This document shows, one piece after another, positions 28,943-36,465 of a DNA stretch of 64,000 nt. This stretch comes from Bryobacterales bacterium. GTDB taxonomy: Bacteria; Acidobacteriota; Terriglobia; Bryobacterales; UBA6623. The first letter of the stretch is position 1. Each line of letters begins with the position of its first letter. The translations under genes and the position numbers were made by a program. Where the stretch lies: NCBI GenBank assembly GCA_965222095.1, contig CBDCTD010000002.1, positions 482,909 to 546,908 of the forward strand. The letters run 5' to 3'. Under the pieces are notes generated by a model, which was not told the DNA's origin, did not search any database, and saw nothing but the letters and a program-made list of their open reading frames with translations.

Positions 28943-30130
28943 TTAGTACTTCGGAACCGTGGGGTCGACTTTGTCGCTCCAGGCTAGGATGCCGCCTTTG
29001 AGGTTCTTGACCTTGCCGAATCCGGCGGTCTTGAGGAAGTTGACTGCTTTGGCGCTGCGCATGCCGGACTTGCAATGGGCCACGATGTCGTCGGCGGTGT
29101 CGAGCTCGTTCACGCGCTTGGGCAAGTCGCCCAACGGGATCAAGTGGGAATTAGGAATGGAGCAGATCTCGAATTCGTGGGGCTCACGCACATCCAGGAT
29201 GTAAACGTTCTCCCCGCGGTCCACCTTTTCTTTCAGCTCAACCGGATCAATTTCCCACTCGCTCAACCCGGGGGCAGGCTCCGGCTCAGCCTGTGGGATA
29301 CCGCAGAACTCCTCGTAATCGATGAGCTCGTTGATGGTTCGGTTGGGGCCGCAGACCGGGCAATCCGGGTTCTTGCGCAGCTTGAGTTCCCGGAACTTCA
29401 TGTTGAGCGCGTCGTAAAGGATCAGCCGGCCACTCAGGGTTTCCCCCTTACCGAGAATCAGCTTCACGGTCTCGGTTGCCTGAATGCTGCCGACCAGGGC
29501 CGGCAGGATCCCGAGGACGCCGCCTTCTGCACAGCTCGGAACCAACCCCGGAGGCGGCGGTTCGGGATACAAGCAGCGGTAGCAGGGGCCACCGTCATGG
29601 CCAAACACCGTCGCCTGGCCCTCGAAGCGGAAGATCGAGCCATAGGCGTTGGGCTTGCCGAGCAAGACGCAGGCGTCGTTGACCAGATAGCGGGTCGGGA
29701 AGTTGTCGGTGCCGTCGACGACCACGTCATAGTCCTTGAGAATCTCCAGCGCGTTCTCGCTCGTCAGCCGTACTTCGTATTTGTCGATTTCGACGTAGGG
29801 GTTGATGTCGGTCATTCGCTCGGCGGCCGAGTCGAGTTTCGGCCGGCCGATGTCCTTCGTCCCATGGATGACTTGCCGCTGCAGGTTGGTCATGTCAACG
29901 ACATCGAAGTCGACGATCCCGATGCGGCCAATGCCGGCAGCGGCGAGATAGAGGCCCAGCGGGGCACCCAAACCGCCGGTGCCTATCATTAATACACTGG
30001 ATTTCTTGAGCTTGATCTGGCCCTCCATGCCGACTTCCGGCATGATCAGGTGCCGGCTATAACGAAGGATCTCGTCGTTACTGAGGACGGGAGCGGTCGC
30101 TGCCATCCCTCCCGCGACGTTAAGTGACAT
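28943..30130 (-). CDS. moeZ: MoeB/ThiF-type adenylyltransferase with C-terminal rhodanese domain (MoeZ-like sulfur-carrier activating enzyme)
   Basis: Has RYSRHL, the GTGGLG nucleotide loop, two CxxC pairs (CYRC, CPVC) and a rhodanese active-site loop (CKSGMRS). Confidence 0.9.
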   Translation of the reverse strand: MSLNVAGGMAATAPVLSNDEILRYSRHLIMPEVGMEGQIKLKKSSVLMIGTGGLGAPLGLYLAAAGIGRIGIVDFDVVDMTNLQRQVIHGTKDIGRPKLDSAAERMTDINPYVEIDKYEVRLTSENALEILKDYDVVVDGTDNFPTRYLVNDACVLLGKPNAYGSIFRFEGQATVFGHDGGPCYRCLYPEPPPPGLVPSCAEGGVLGILPALVGSIQATETVKLILGKGETLSGRLILYDALNMKFRELKLRKNPDCPVCGPNRTINELIDYEEFCGIPQAEPEPAPGLSEWEIDPVELKEKVDRGENVYILDVREPHEFEICSIPNSHLIPLGDLPKRVNELDTADDIVAHCKSGMRSAKAVNFLKTAGFGKVKNLKGGILAWSDKVDPTVPKY

Positions 30131-30407
30131 GACTTCCTCCTCCGGCGATCGAAGGCACGATGGTGATCACGTCATCGCCGCCGATCTTCGTCGCTTCCCG
30201 ATCGAGGTAGCGGATGTCTTCGTCGTTCATGTAGACGTTGACGAAGCTTCGCAGCTTGCCCTCGTCCGTGAAAAGGTGCTTGCGAAGATCGGAATACTGA
30301 TTGGTTAGCTTCTCGAGCGCTTCACCGACGCTCGCGGCTTCGACGTCGACCGAGTCGTTTTTGTCAGCGTACTGGCGCAAAGGTGTCGGGATTACTAGCT
30401 TAGCCAT
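30120..30407 (-). CDS. cysO: MoaD/ThiS-family sulfur carrier protein (CysO-like) with residues after the GG motif
   Basis: 95-aa beta-grasp-type sequence ending ...ITIVPSIAGGGSHVT. It sits between the JAMM protease and MoeZ genes. Confidence 0.8.
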   Translation of the reverse strand: MAKLVIPTPLRQYADKNDSVDVEAASVGEALEKLTNQYSDLRKHLFTDEGKLRSFVNVYMNDEDIRYLDREATKIGGDDVITIVPSIAGGGSHVT

Positions 30408-30831
30408 GGGCTTCTCCGTAAATCAGTTCTTCGTTTTCCGCGGCGGTTTGGTCAGGGTCCGGCAAGAAGCTCCGGGCGTGGTCGAACACTCCGTCCTTGA
30501 CCGAGATAACCACGAAAGAGTACCACGGACAAGAGTTCTTCAGATCCGTTTCCGAAAAATAAGCGTCACAGTCAGGATGGGAATGGTAGATGCCGATCAA
30601 CTCCAGTCCTCGCTTGCGGGCTTCCGTGTCGGCGGCCAGTAAATCCTCGTTCCTGAGCTCGTAACGCGCGGTCTGTGAACCGTCAAACGCGTTCTCCAGC
30701 GGAACTCCGACACGGACAATCTTTCGGCCGTTCTCCGTGGCACCCAACATCGCCCCACAGCACTCATTGGGGTAGGTGGAGCGCGCGTGCTCGACCATCT
30801 CCTTCCAGGGACCGGGATCGACGCGAATCAT
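30400..30831 (-). CDS. mec: JAMM/MPN+ metalloprotease (Mec+-like)
   Basis: Has ECCG near the N-terminus and the HSHPD...S..D zinc motif. Length is 143 aa. Confidence 0.85.
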   Translation of the reverse strand: MIRVDPGPWKEMVEHARSTYPNECCGAMLGATENGRKIVRVGVPLENAFDGSQTARYELRNEDLLAADTEARKRGLELIGIYHSHPDCDAYFSETDLKNSCPWYSFVVISVKDGVFDHARSFLPDPDQTAAENEELIYGEAHG

Positions 30832-31769
30832 GGTTCGTCCCAGAAGCTTTCACTCAGATATTTGTCCGCTGAATCGCAGAACACCGTCACGATGACACCT
30901 TCGCGGACCCGGTGCGCCACCTTCAGGGCCGCGGCTAGGTTGGCCCCCGAGGAAATGCCGACCAGCAGTCCTTCGTCGCGCGCCAGCCTCTTGACGAGGG
31001 CATGAGCTTCTTCGGTCTCGACCTCGATGTTTTCATCCGCCAAGGCCTGGTCATAGATACCGGGGACAATCGCCGTCGGCATGTGTTTCAATCCTTCGAG
31101 TCCGTGAAATCCCGACGATGGCTGCATCGAGATCAGCTTGATCGATTTCGAGTACTCCCGCAAGCAGCGGCCGACACCGACGAACGTGCCGCTCGTGCCC
31201 AGACCGGTAACGAAGTGCGTAATTCTGTGGCCGGTCTGTTCGAGTATCTCCGGGCCGGTTGTCTCGAAATGTGCCAGCCAGTTCGCCGGGTTGTTGTATT
31301 GATCCGGATAGAAGTAAGCGCCGGGGTTTTGACGGTACTCTTTTTGGCAAGCAAGGATAGCTCCGTCGGAGCCTTCCCCCGGGTCGGTGAGGACGACCTC
31401 GGCCCCGTAAGCTTTCAAGATCCGCTTCCGCTCCGGAGAGGCGTTCGCCGGAAGGAACAATTTCACGCGATAGCCCTTGGCCGCGCAGACCATGGCATAG
31501 GCGATGCCTGTATTCCCGCTGGTCGAATCGATCAGGGTCTTCTCGGGCGTGAGCTTACCGGTGTTCTCGCCGTCCAGAACCATGTTCAACGCCGGGCGGT
31601 CTTTGACAGAGCCGCCGGGGTTGAAGTATTCGGCCTTGCCGTAGATCTCGACGCCGGGAAGGTCGGCCGCTAGTTTTCGGATTCGAACGAGCGGAGTATT
31701 GCCGATCTTGTCGACAACGGAACCGGCGCCCGCCGGGTTTTTCATCGAAGCCACGCCGCCGTTCCTCAT
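30828..31769 (-). CDS. cysM: PLP-dependent cysteine synthase (CysM-type)
   Basis: Has the GSVKDR PLP-lysine motif, SGNTGIA and GTSGT loops. An ATGA overlap joins it to the downstream mec gene. Confidence 0.9.
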   Translation of the reverse strand: MRNGGVASMKNPAGAGSVVDKIGNTPLVRIRKLAADLPGVEIYGKAEYFNPGGSVKDRPALNMVLDGENTGKLTPEKTLIDSTSGNTGIAYAMVCAAKGYRVKLFLPANASPERKRILKAYGAEVVLTDPGEGSDGAILACQKEYRQNPGAYFYPDQYNNPANWLAHFETTGPEILEQTGHRITHFVTGLGTSGTFVGVGRCLREYSKSIKLISMQPSSGFHGLEGLKHMPTAIVPGIYDQALADENIEVETEEAHALVKRLARDEGLLVGISSGANLAAALKVAHRVREGVIVTVFCDSADKYLSESFWDEP

Positions 31770-31794
31770 GGAAACTCGCAGTCTAGGGTGAAAA

Positions 31795-31843
31795 AGCGCC
31801 CAGACGTATACTCTAGCGCCCGGACGTATACTCTAGCGCCCGG
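31795..31843. repeat. 2.4 tandem copies of a 20-nt unit (AGCGCCCRGACGTATACTCT) upstream of cysM
   Basis: Read directly: units at 31795..31814 and 31815..31834 differ by one base, with a partial third unit at 31835..31843. The repeat begins 26 nt upstream of the cysM ATG. Confidence 0.9.
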
Positions 31844-32030
31844 GGATTGGGGAGGCAACCGCTGCCACTTTGATGGTAGGTAATCCCTACTATGTCTGTC
31901 AACAAACTAGGGATTGCCGAAAGGGCCCAGGAGGCGCGTTTCCCCCGAGTGCCACCGAAGTCATTGATGCTCTGTAAGTAGCTTTTCTGTAATGTTTGGT
32001 GTAAGTTAGATACAGGGGTGCACTTTCTGT

Positions 32031-32255
32031 ATGACTGTAAAAGTAGGTATCGAGATCCCTAGGGAGCTGCACACCCGCGTCAAAATAGAGGCCGCCCGGC
32101 GACAGATAAAAATCAAAGACGCCTGTCGGGAGGCCTTCGAGGGCTGGCTCAAAGCAGGTGATGGCGAGCCGGACGCCGAGTTCCAACGGCAGATGGGAAT
32201 TGCTCGGGAAGCGATGACGCGCTATCACAGGGCGCTCAAGGAACTCGCGCGTTGA
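32031..32255 (+). CDS. ribbon-helix-helix type antitoxin (Phd-role partner of Doc)
   Basis: 74 aa. The N-terminal beta-strand/helix pattern (KVGIEIPRELHTRVKIEAARR) is RHH-like. A 4-nt ATGA-type overlap joins it to doc. Confidence 0.6.
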   Translation: MTVKVGIEIPRELHTRVKIEAARRQIKIKDACREAFEGWLKAGDGEPDAEFQRQMGIAREAMTRYHRALKELAR

Positions 32256-32650
32256 TGCGGGAACCCGAGTGGCTCTCACGGGACATCGTCCTGACGATTC
32301 ACTCCGAGCAGATCGCGCTGTATGGCGGAGCTTCGGGCGTTCGGAACGAGGGTCTCCTTGACACCGCGTTGGCGAGACCGCGGATTCTCTGGGCGCATGG
32401 ATCCCGGAATCTAGTCGAACTGGGCGCGGCTTACGCAGCCGGAATAGTTCGCAACCACGCATTCGTCGACGGAAACAAGCGCACCGCTTTCTTAGCGATG
32501 TACACGTTCTTAGTGCGGAACACGTTGGAGGTGATTGCTAGTGAGGCTGAGGTGGCTACCGCGATGCTTGAGTTGTCGAGCGGATCACTTGATGAGTCAA
32601 GTTTCGTTCGTTGGCTAAGAGACCATACGCGGCGATCGCCTTCTGACTAG
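32252..32650 (+). CDS. doc: Doc-family toxin (Fic domain)
   Basis: Has the Fic/Doc motif HAFVDGNKRTA and the typical N-terminus (IH..QI..YGG..G.R..GLL..AL.RP). Confidence 0.9.
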   Translation: MMREPEWLSRDIVLTIHSEQIALYGGASGVRNEGLLDTALARPRILWAHGSRNLVELGAAYAAGIVRNHAFVDGNKRTAFLAMYTFLVRNTLEVIASEAEVATAMLELSSGSLDESSFVRWLRDHTRRSPSD

Positions 32651-32778
32651 CCCGCATTTCTAACCACGGTCGCGGTGGATGAGGCGAAGGGCTCGGCGGC
32701 CATGGCTCGCGACAACAGTTCGTGCACATCGCCCTGCGAACAGCATGTCAGCAAGCGGGCGCGATGAATCGCGCCCCT
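32647..32778 (+). mobile_element. 195-bp MITE-like element, copy D (left 132 bp only, truncated by IS insertion)
   Basis: Starts CTAGCCCGCATTTCTAACCAC and is collinear with the other copies up to ...GCGATGAATCGCGCCCCT. Homology then stops at the IS left end. Confidence 0.75.
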
Positions 32779-34601
32779 CGACTTTGGCGTTTTGAAAGCA
32801 GGTTCGAGGCGGAGACAGGAGGGGCAAGAGGTTCAAGGGGAAGCATAAAGCAAGGCGGTGGGGAGGGCTGCGCTGAGTTTTTGGGGGGTTGGAGTGGGCG
32901 AGGGGTTGGACGGGAAGCCGCAGAAACGACGCAAGCCTTCGCCCCACAGCTCGGCCCGCAGGTGCTGGATCAGATCGAGCGTCGTGGCGCGGGGCTTCGA
33001 GCGGCGCGCGCGCCATTTCGGGGGCGGCAGGGCGTCGGGGAAGCCCGCCGGGCCCCAAGTCTGGCGCGCCGCCAGCAACAACCAGGCGTAAGCAGCCACG
33101 ATCAACTGCGGCGCCGCTTCGACCGAGCGGGGATGTCTGACCTGCGCCTGTCCTACCCCCAACAGCGTCTTTTCGTCGCGGAAGTTGACCTCGATGTCCC
33201 AGCGCCAGACGTAGTGCTCGACGATCTGCTGGGGCGACAAGTCGGGATCGGTAGCGATCAGATAAGCGGGCCGGCGATACAGCAGGCGCGAGCCTTGGCG
33301 GGGCCGATAGCGCAGCGGGGCGATGATGACTAAACACAGATCGCAGTTCCCGCCGGCGGGACGCCAGCGCAGCCGAGTCAAGGTCTTGATGCGGAAGCGA
33401 TGCCGCTTGCCGGCGGCGTAGGCGGTGACGATTTGCCAGCGAACGCTGTCATCCTGGCGCAGTTGTTCGGGAGTGGGAGGCCCGCTCGCCATAACGGCGG
33501 CGGCGGCCCGTGGCGGCTGCTTGGCCGGTCGGCAAGTAGTAGAGCTTGGCGTCTTGGCGGATGCGACCGATCAGCACGGTCTGGGGCGGCAGGTTTTTCA
33601 ACACCGTGCGGTTGGTGAAGCGGCCGTCGACGAGCACTTCGAGTCGCCGCGAGGCATCGTCTTGCTCCAACTTCTGCCGCAGGGCGTGCAGGCGTTCGGC
33701 GCCCCGCTGGGCGAGCGAGGCGCGGCGGCAGGCGAGGCGGTATTGTTGTTGCTCCTGCTCAGGGGCGTTTCGCCGTGGTGTGGGTGGGGTCGGGGCGTGT
33801 TGGAAATCGAGCGGGATCAGGCGCGCCGCTGGGGGGTCGGCGCCGCCGGGCACAGCGGCCGAGATCTGGATGACGCGCTGAGCGCGAATCAGGTTGGTTT
33901 GGAAGGGCGGTCCCAGCGGATCGCGCCGCCAGGCGACGCCGGGAGTTTTGGCGCCCCGCTTGGGCAGCAGTGAGTCATCGAGTGCGACCACCAGAGGTGC
34001 GGTGGGGGACAGTTGCTCGAGCACTCCGCGGCGGACCACGCCGAACAGGTCTGGGGCCTCGACCCGGGCCTGGGAGAAGAGCCGATAGACGGCCGACCAG
34101 TCCTGGAAGCTGTCGCCGGCGGTGTGCAGCAACCCAGTCACGGTGTGGCGGCCGAGACAGACCAAGGCGCTCAGCATCAGGCTTTGGATCTTTTCTTGGA
34201 CCCGCTGTTGGCGGCGGCCCTGGAGCGCTTGGCGGGCGAGGGCTTCGAGCTGGTCGAGGAGCCTCGGGGCGGAGTCTTTTTTTTTAACGCCGAGGGGGGC
34301 GGGTGCCGACGGTTCAACACCAGTTGGGAGCGGTCTTCGATGACCCACTCGACGGTTTCACCGCGCGAGAATTCCAGCGCCTGGGCCAAGGCGGAAGGGA
34401 AGTTGACGTACCACTGCTGACTGGCTTCGCGCTTAATGAGTTGGACTTTGGTGGGGTAACCCATGTCGTCTCCTTATCTAGTTATATAACTCGATACCAG
34501 AATACCCCACAATGTTTCGACCCAGCAAGGGTTTTTATCCCCTTGGCCCGCTCTCGTCCTCTTAAATGTGGGAATCTATCTAGTCAAACGCCAAACTCGA
34601 G
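32777..34601 (-). mobile_element. IS4/IS701-like insertion sequence (about 1.8 kb) with interrupted transposase
   Basis: The terminal inverted repeats are CTCGACTTTGGCGTTTTGA (32777..32795) and TCAAACGCCAAACTCGAG (34584..34601). They enclose a DDE transposase reading frame. No flanking target duplication is visible. Confidence 0.7.
32833..34464 (-). pseudogene. IS4/IS701-like DDE transposase split into three frames
   Basis: The pieces at 34464..34177, 34348..33449 and 33492..32833 together read as one transposase (...VVALDDSLLPKRG..., ...HYVWRWDIEVNFRDEKT...). Break 1 is at an A9 run and break 2 is near 33475..33490. Confidence 0.75.
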
Positions 34602-34642
34602 GTGTCGGTAGGAGTACCGACACGGCAGGTCTGGGGACCTGC
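34602..34642 (-). terminator. two adjacent perfect hairpins downstream of the thioesterase gene (no U-tract)
   Basis: The hairpins are GTGTCGGTA-GGAG-TACCGACAC (34602..34623) and GCAGGTC-TGGG-GACCTGC (34625..34642). Function is uncertain. Confidence 0.25.
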
Positions 34643-34733
34643 GCCACGGGCGAGGTTGTTGCCAAACGCGCGGAGCTCGACCGTTGCGCTACGGTGCCTG
34701 CTGTTGTGGCGCAGACGTCCGGAACCGATCGCC

Positions 34734-35165
34734 TCAGATCTCCTTCTCTCTTTCACGTACTTCCAGCACTTGTCTCAGCCGCTCGGGAACCGGCACAGAT
34801 TTCATTTCCCCGTTACGATCTTTTTGAACACAGACGACTGTCAGGCGGCCGTGGGCCACTTCGTCTTCGCCGTGCGTGAAAGAGAATCGGTAACCGATCG
34901 AAGTGCGTCCGATTTTGGTGACTGAGAGGTGGACATCCAGCTCGTCACCGAATGCCACGGTCTTGACGAAGTCGCAACTTGCAGACACCCGTGGACAGAG
35001 CACCGTGTCGAACGGTGGGTCTTTGAGTTTTTGAATCCCGAGGGACCGGAAGAACTCCGTTTCCGCCTCTTCCATGTAGCGGAAGTAGTTCGTGAAGTGG
35101 ATGATCCCAGCGGCGTCCGTATCCTGCCAGTGGACGAGCCGTCGGTAGTGGAATTCGTGTGCCAT
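34734..35165 (-). CDS. acyl-CoA thioesterase, 4HBT/YbgC family
   Basis: Hotdog-fold signature V.W.DTDAAGI.HF.NYFRYMEEAE.EF.R..G. Confidence 0.85.
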   Translation of the reverse strand: MAHEFHYRRLVHWQDTDAAGIIHFTNYFRYMEEAETEFFRSLGIQKLKDPPFDTVLCPRVSASCDFVKTVAFGDELDVHLSVTKIGRTSIGYRFSFTHGEDEVAHGRLTVVCVQKDRNGEMKSVPVPERLRQVLEVREREKEI

Positions 35166-35176
35166 GAGTTCCGAAT

Positions 35177-36460
35177 CTATATGGTCGCGTACACTGCCAG
35201 CGTCTCTTCCGCCACGCGCCGGCTGTGGAAACGGTGGTAGACGACCTGGCGGCCGCGCTGCCCCATCCGTTGACCCTCGTCACGGTTGTTGATCAGCTGC
35301 TCTAGCGAGCGGACGAGGTCCTCTACATTCCCCGGCTCAAATAGCAGCCCGCCGCCCGTTCTTTCAATCAGTTCAGGGAAAGCTCCCAGCCGCGGCTGAA
35401 CCACGGGAACCCCACTGGCCAGCGCTTCGAGGACGTAGAGACCTTTCGAGGCCCGGTAAGTCACCGGCACACATAGGGCGTCCAAGCCGCCAAGAAACCG
35501 AAGCTTTCGTTTGCGTCCGACGGAACCCAGGTATTCGAAGTTAGCTCCCAAGCCCCATTCCTCGACTTGTCGTTGAATGCCATCGAGGTAGTCTCCATGC
35601 TCGGGGCCGAGCCACCCGGCAACTCGCAGGCGTAGGCGGGGCCCCAACGAACCTCGCTTCTGAGTAAGCCGCCGGAAAGCCTCAGCCAACAAATGCAAGC
35701 CCTTTTCAGGACAGATTCGCGCCAAGTAGCCGACAACGAACTCTCGCGGGTCACTCTTTGGTTTGGACTCGAAGCCTTCCAAACTAATACCCGGCATTAC
35801 GACGTGGACTGATTCTGGGGGGACTCCGAGGTGAGGGGCCATCGCTTCAGCATGGTCTCGACACGGTGCGATAAACGCGTCGACGGACGCGCTCATACGG
35901 CGCACAAGGTCGAAAGCGAGTTCCTGATGAGGCTCGGGAAGATTCGAGAGGAAAAAGTCCTCGCCCTGCAGCGAACAACACACGGAGCAGCCCAACTCCT
36001 GTTTAACGGCCGGAGCGATGCCGGCCAGCATTGTGTTCGTCAGGTGCACGACTTCGGGGCGGCTCTCGCGTAACCATGCGATCAGCCTAGCGAGCTCCTT
36101 TTTTTGGCGTCCCTCGGTACCTTCGACGACGGAAACCGTCAGCTCCCCGAGTGCCTGCGGCGCCGTCTTGACGGCAAACTGGGCGGCGAGGCTCAATAAC
36201 CAGCGCTGGTCGAACAGCCGGTCAAAGAAACGAGGCGTATGCCGAAACAAGGAGTACTTTTGCTGAAGATAGACGTTGATGCCGCCGTAGAATACCCGGC
36301 TGAGGCTGACGTCCTCTTCGTCGGTTCGGATGGGCGTATAGATGGGAATGAGCTGGACGTCGTGTCCGAGTTCGTGCAGCGCGGCAGCTAGGGCGTTGTC
36401 GCGCAGGCAGTTGCCGCAGATCATCCCACCGGCCCCCGCCGTAATGTAGGCGATCTTCAT
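35177..36460 (-). CDS. glycosyltransferase, GT4 (GT-B fold) family
   Basis: Has the C-terminal EX7E-type region (...E.FG...LEALASGVPVV...G...E.I....GG.L..P). Length is 427 aa. Confidence 0.82.
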   Translation of the reverse strand: MKIAYITAGAGGMICGNCLRDNALAAALHELGHDVQLIPIYTPIRTDEEDVSLSRVFYGGINVYLQQKYSLFRHTPRFFDRLFDQRWLLSLAAQFAVKTAPQALGELTVSVVEGTEGRQKKELARLIAWLRESRPEVVHLTNTMLAGIAPAVKQELGCSVCCSLQGEDFFLSNLPEPHQELAFDLVRRMSASVDAFIAPCRDHAEAMAPHLGVPPESVHVVMPGISLEGFESKPKSDPREFVVGYLARICPEKGLHLLAEAFRRLTQKRGSLGPRLRLRVAGWLGPEHGDYLDGIQRQVEEWGLGANFEYLGSVGRKRKLRFLGGLDALCVPVTYRASKGLYVLEALASGVPVVQPRLGAFPELIERTGGGLLFEPGNVEDLVRSLEQLINNRDEGQRMGQRGRQVVYHRFHSRRVAEETLAVYATI

Positions 36461-36465
36461 GAAGG

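Noticed and set aside
31795-31843. CRISPR array
   Set aside because: The tandem 20-mers have no spacers and only 2.4 copies. The 195-bp repeats are 9-12 kb apart and have inverted termini. No regularly spaced repeat-spacer structure and no cas genes occur in the window.
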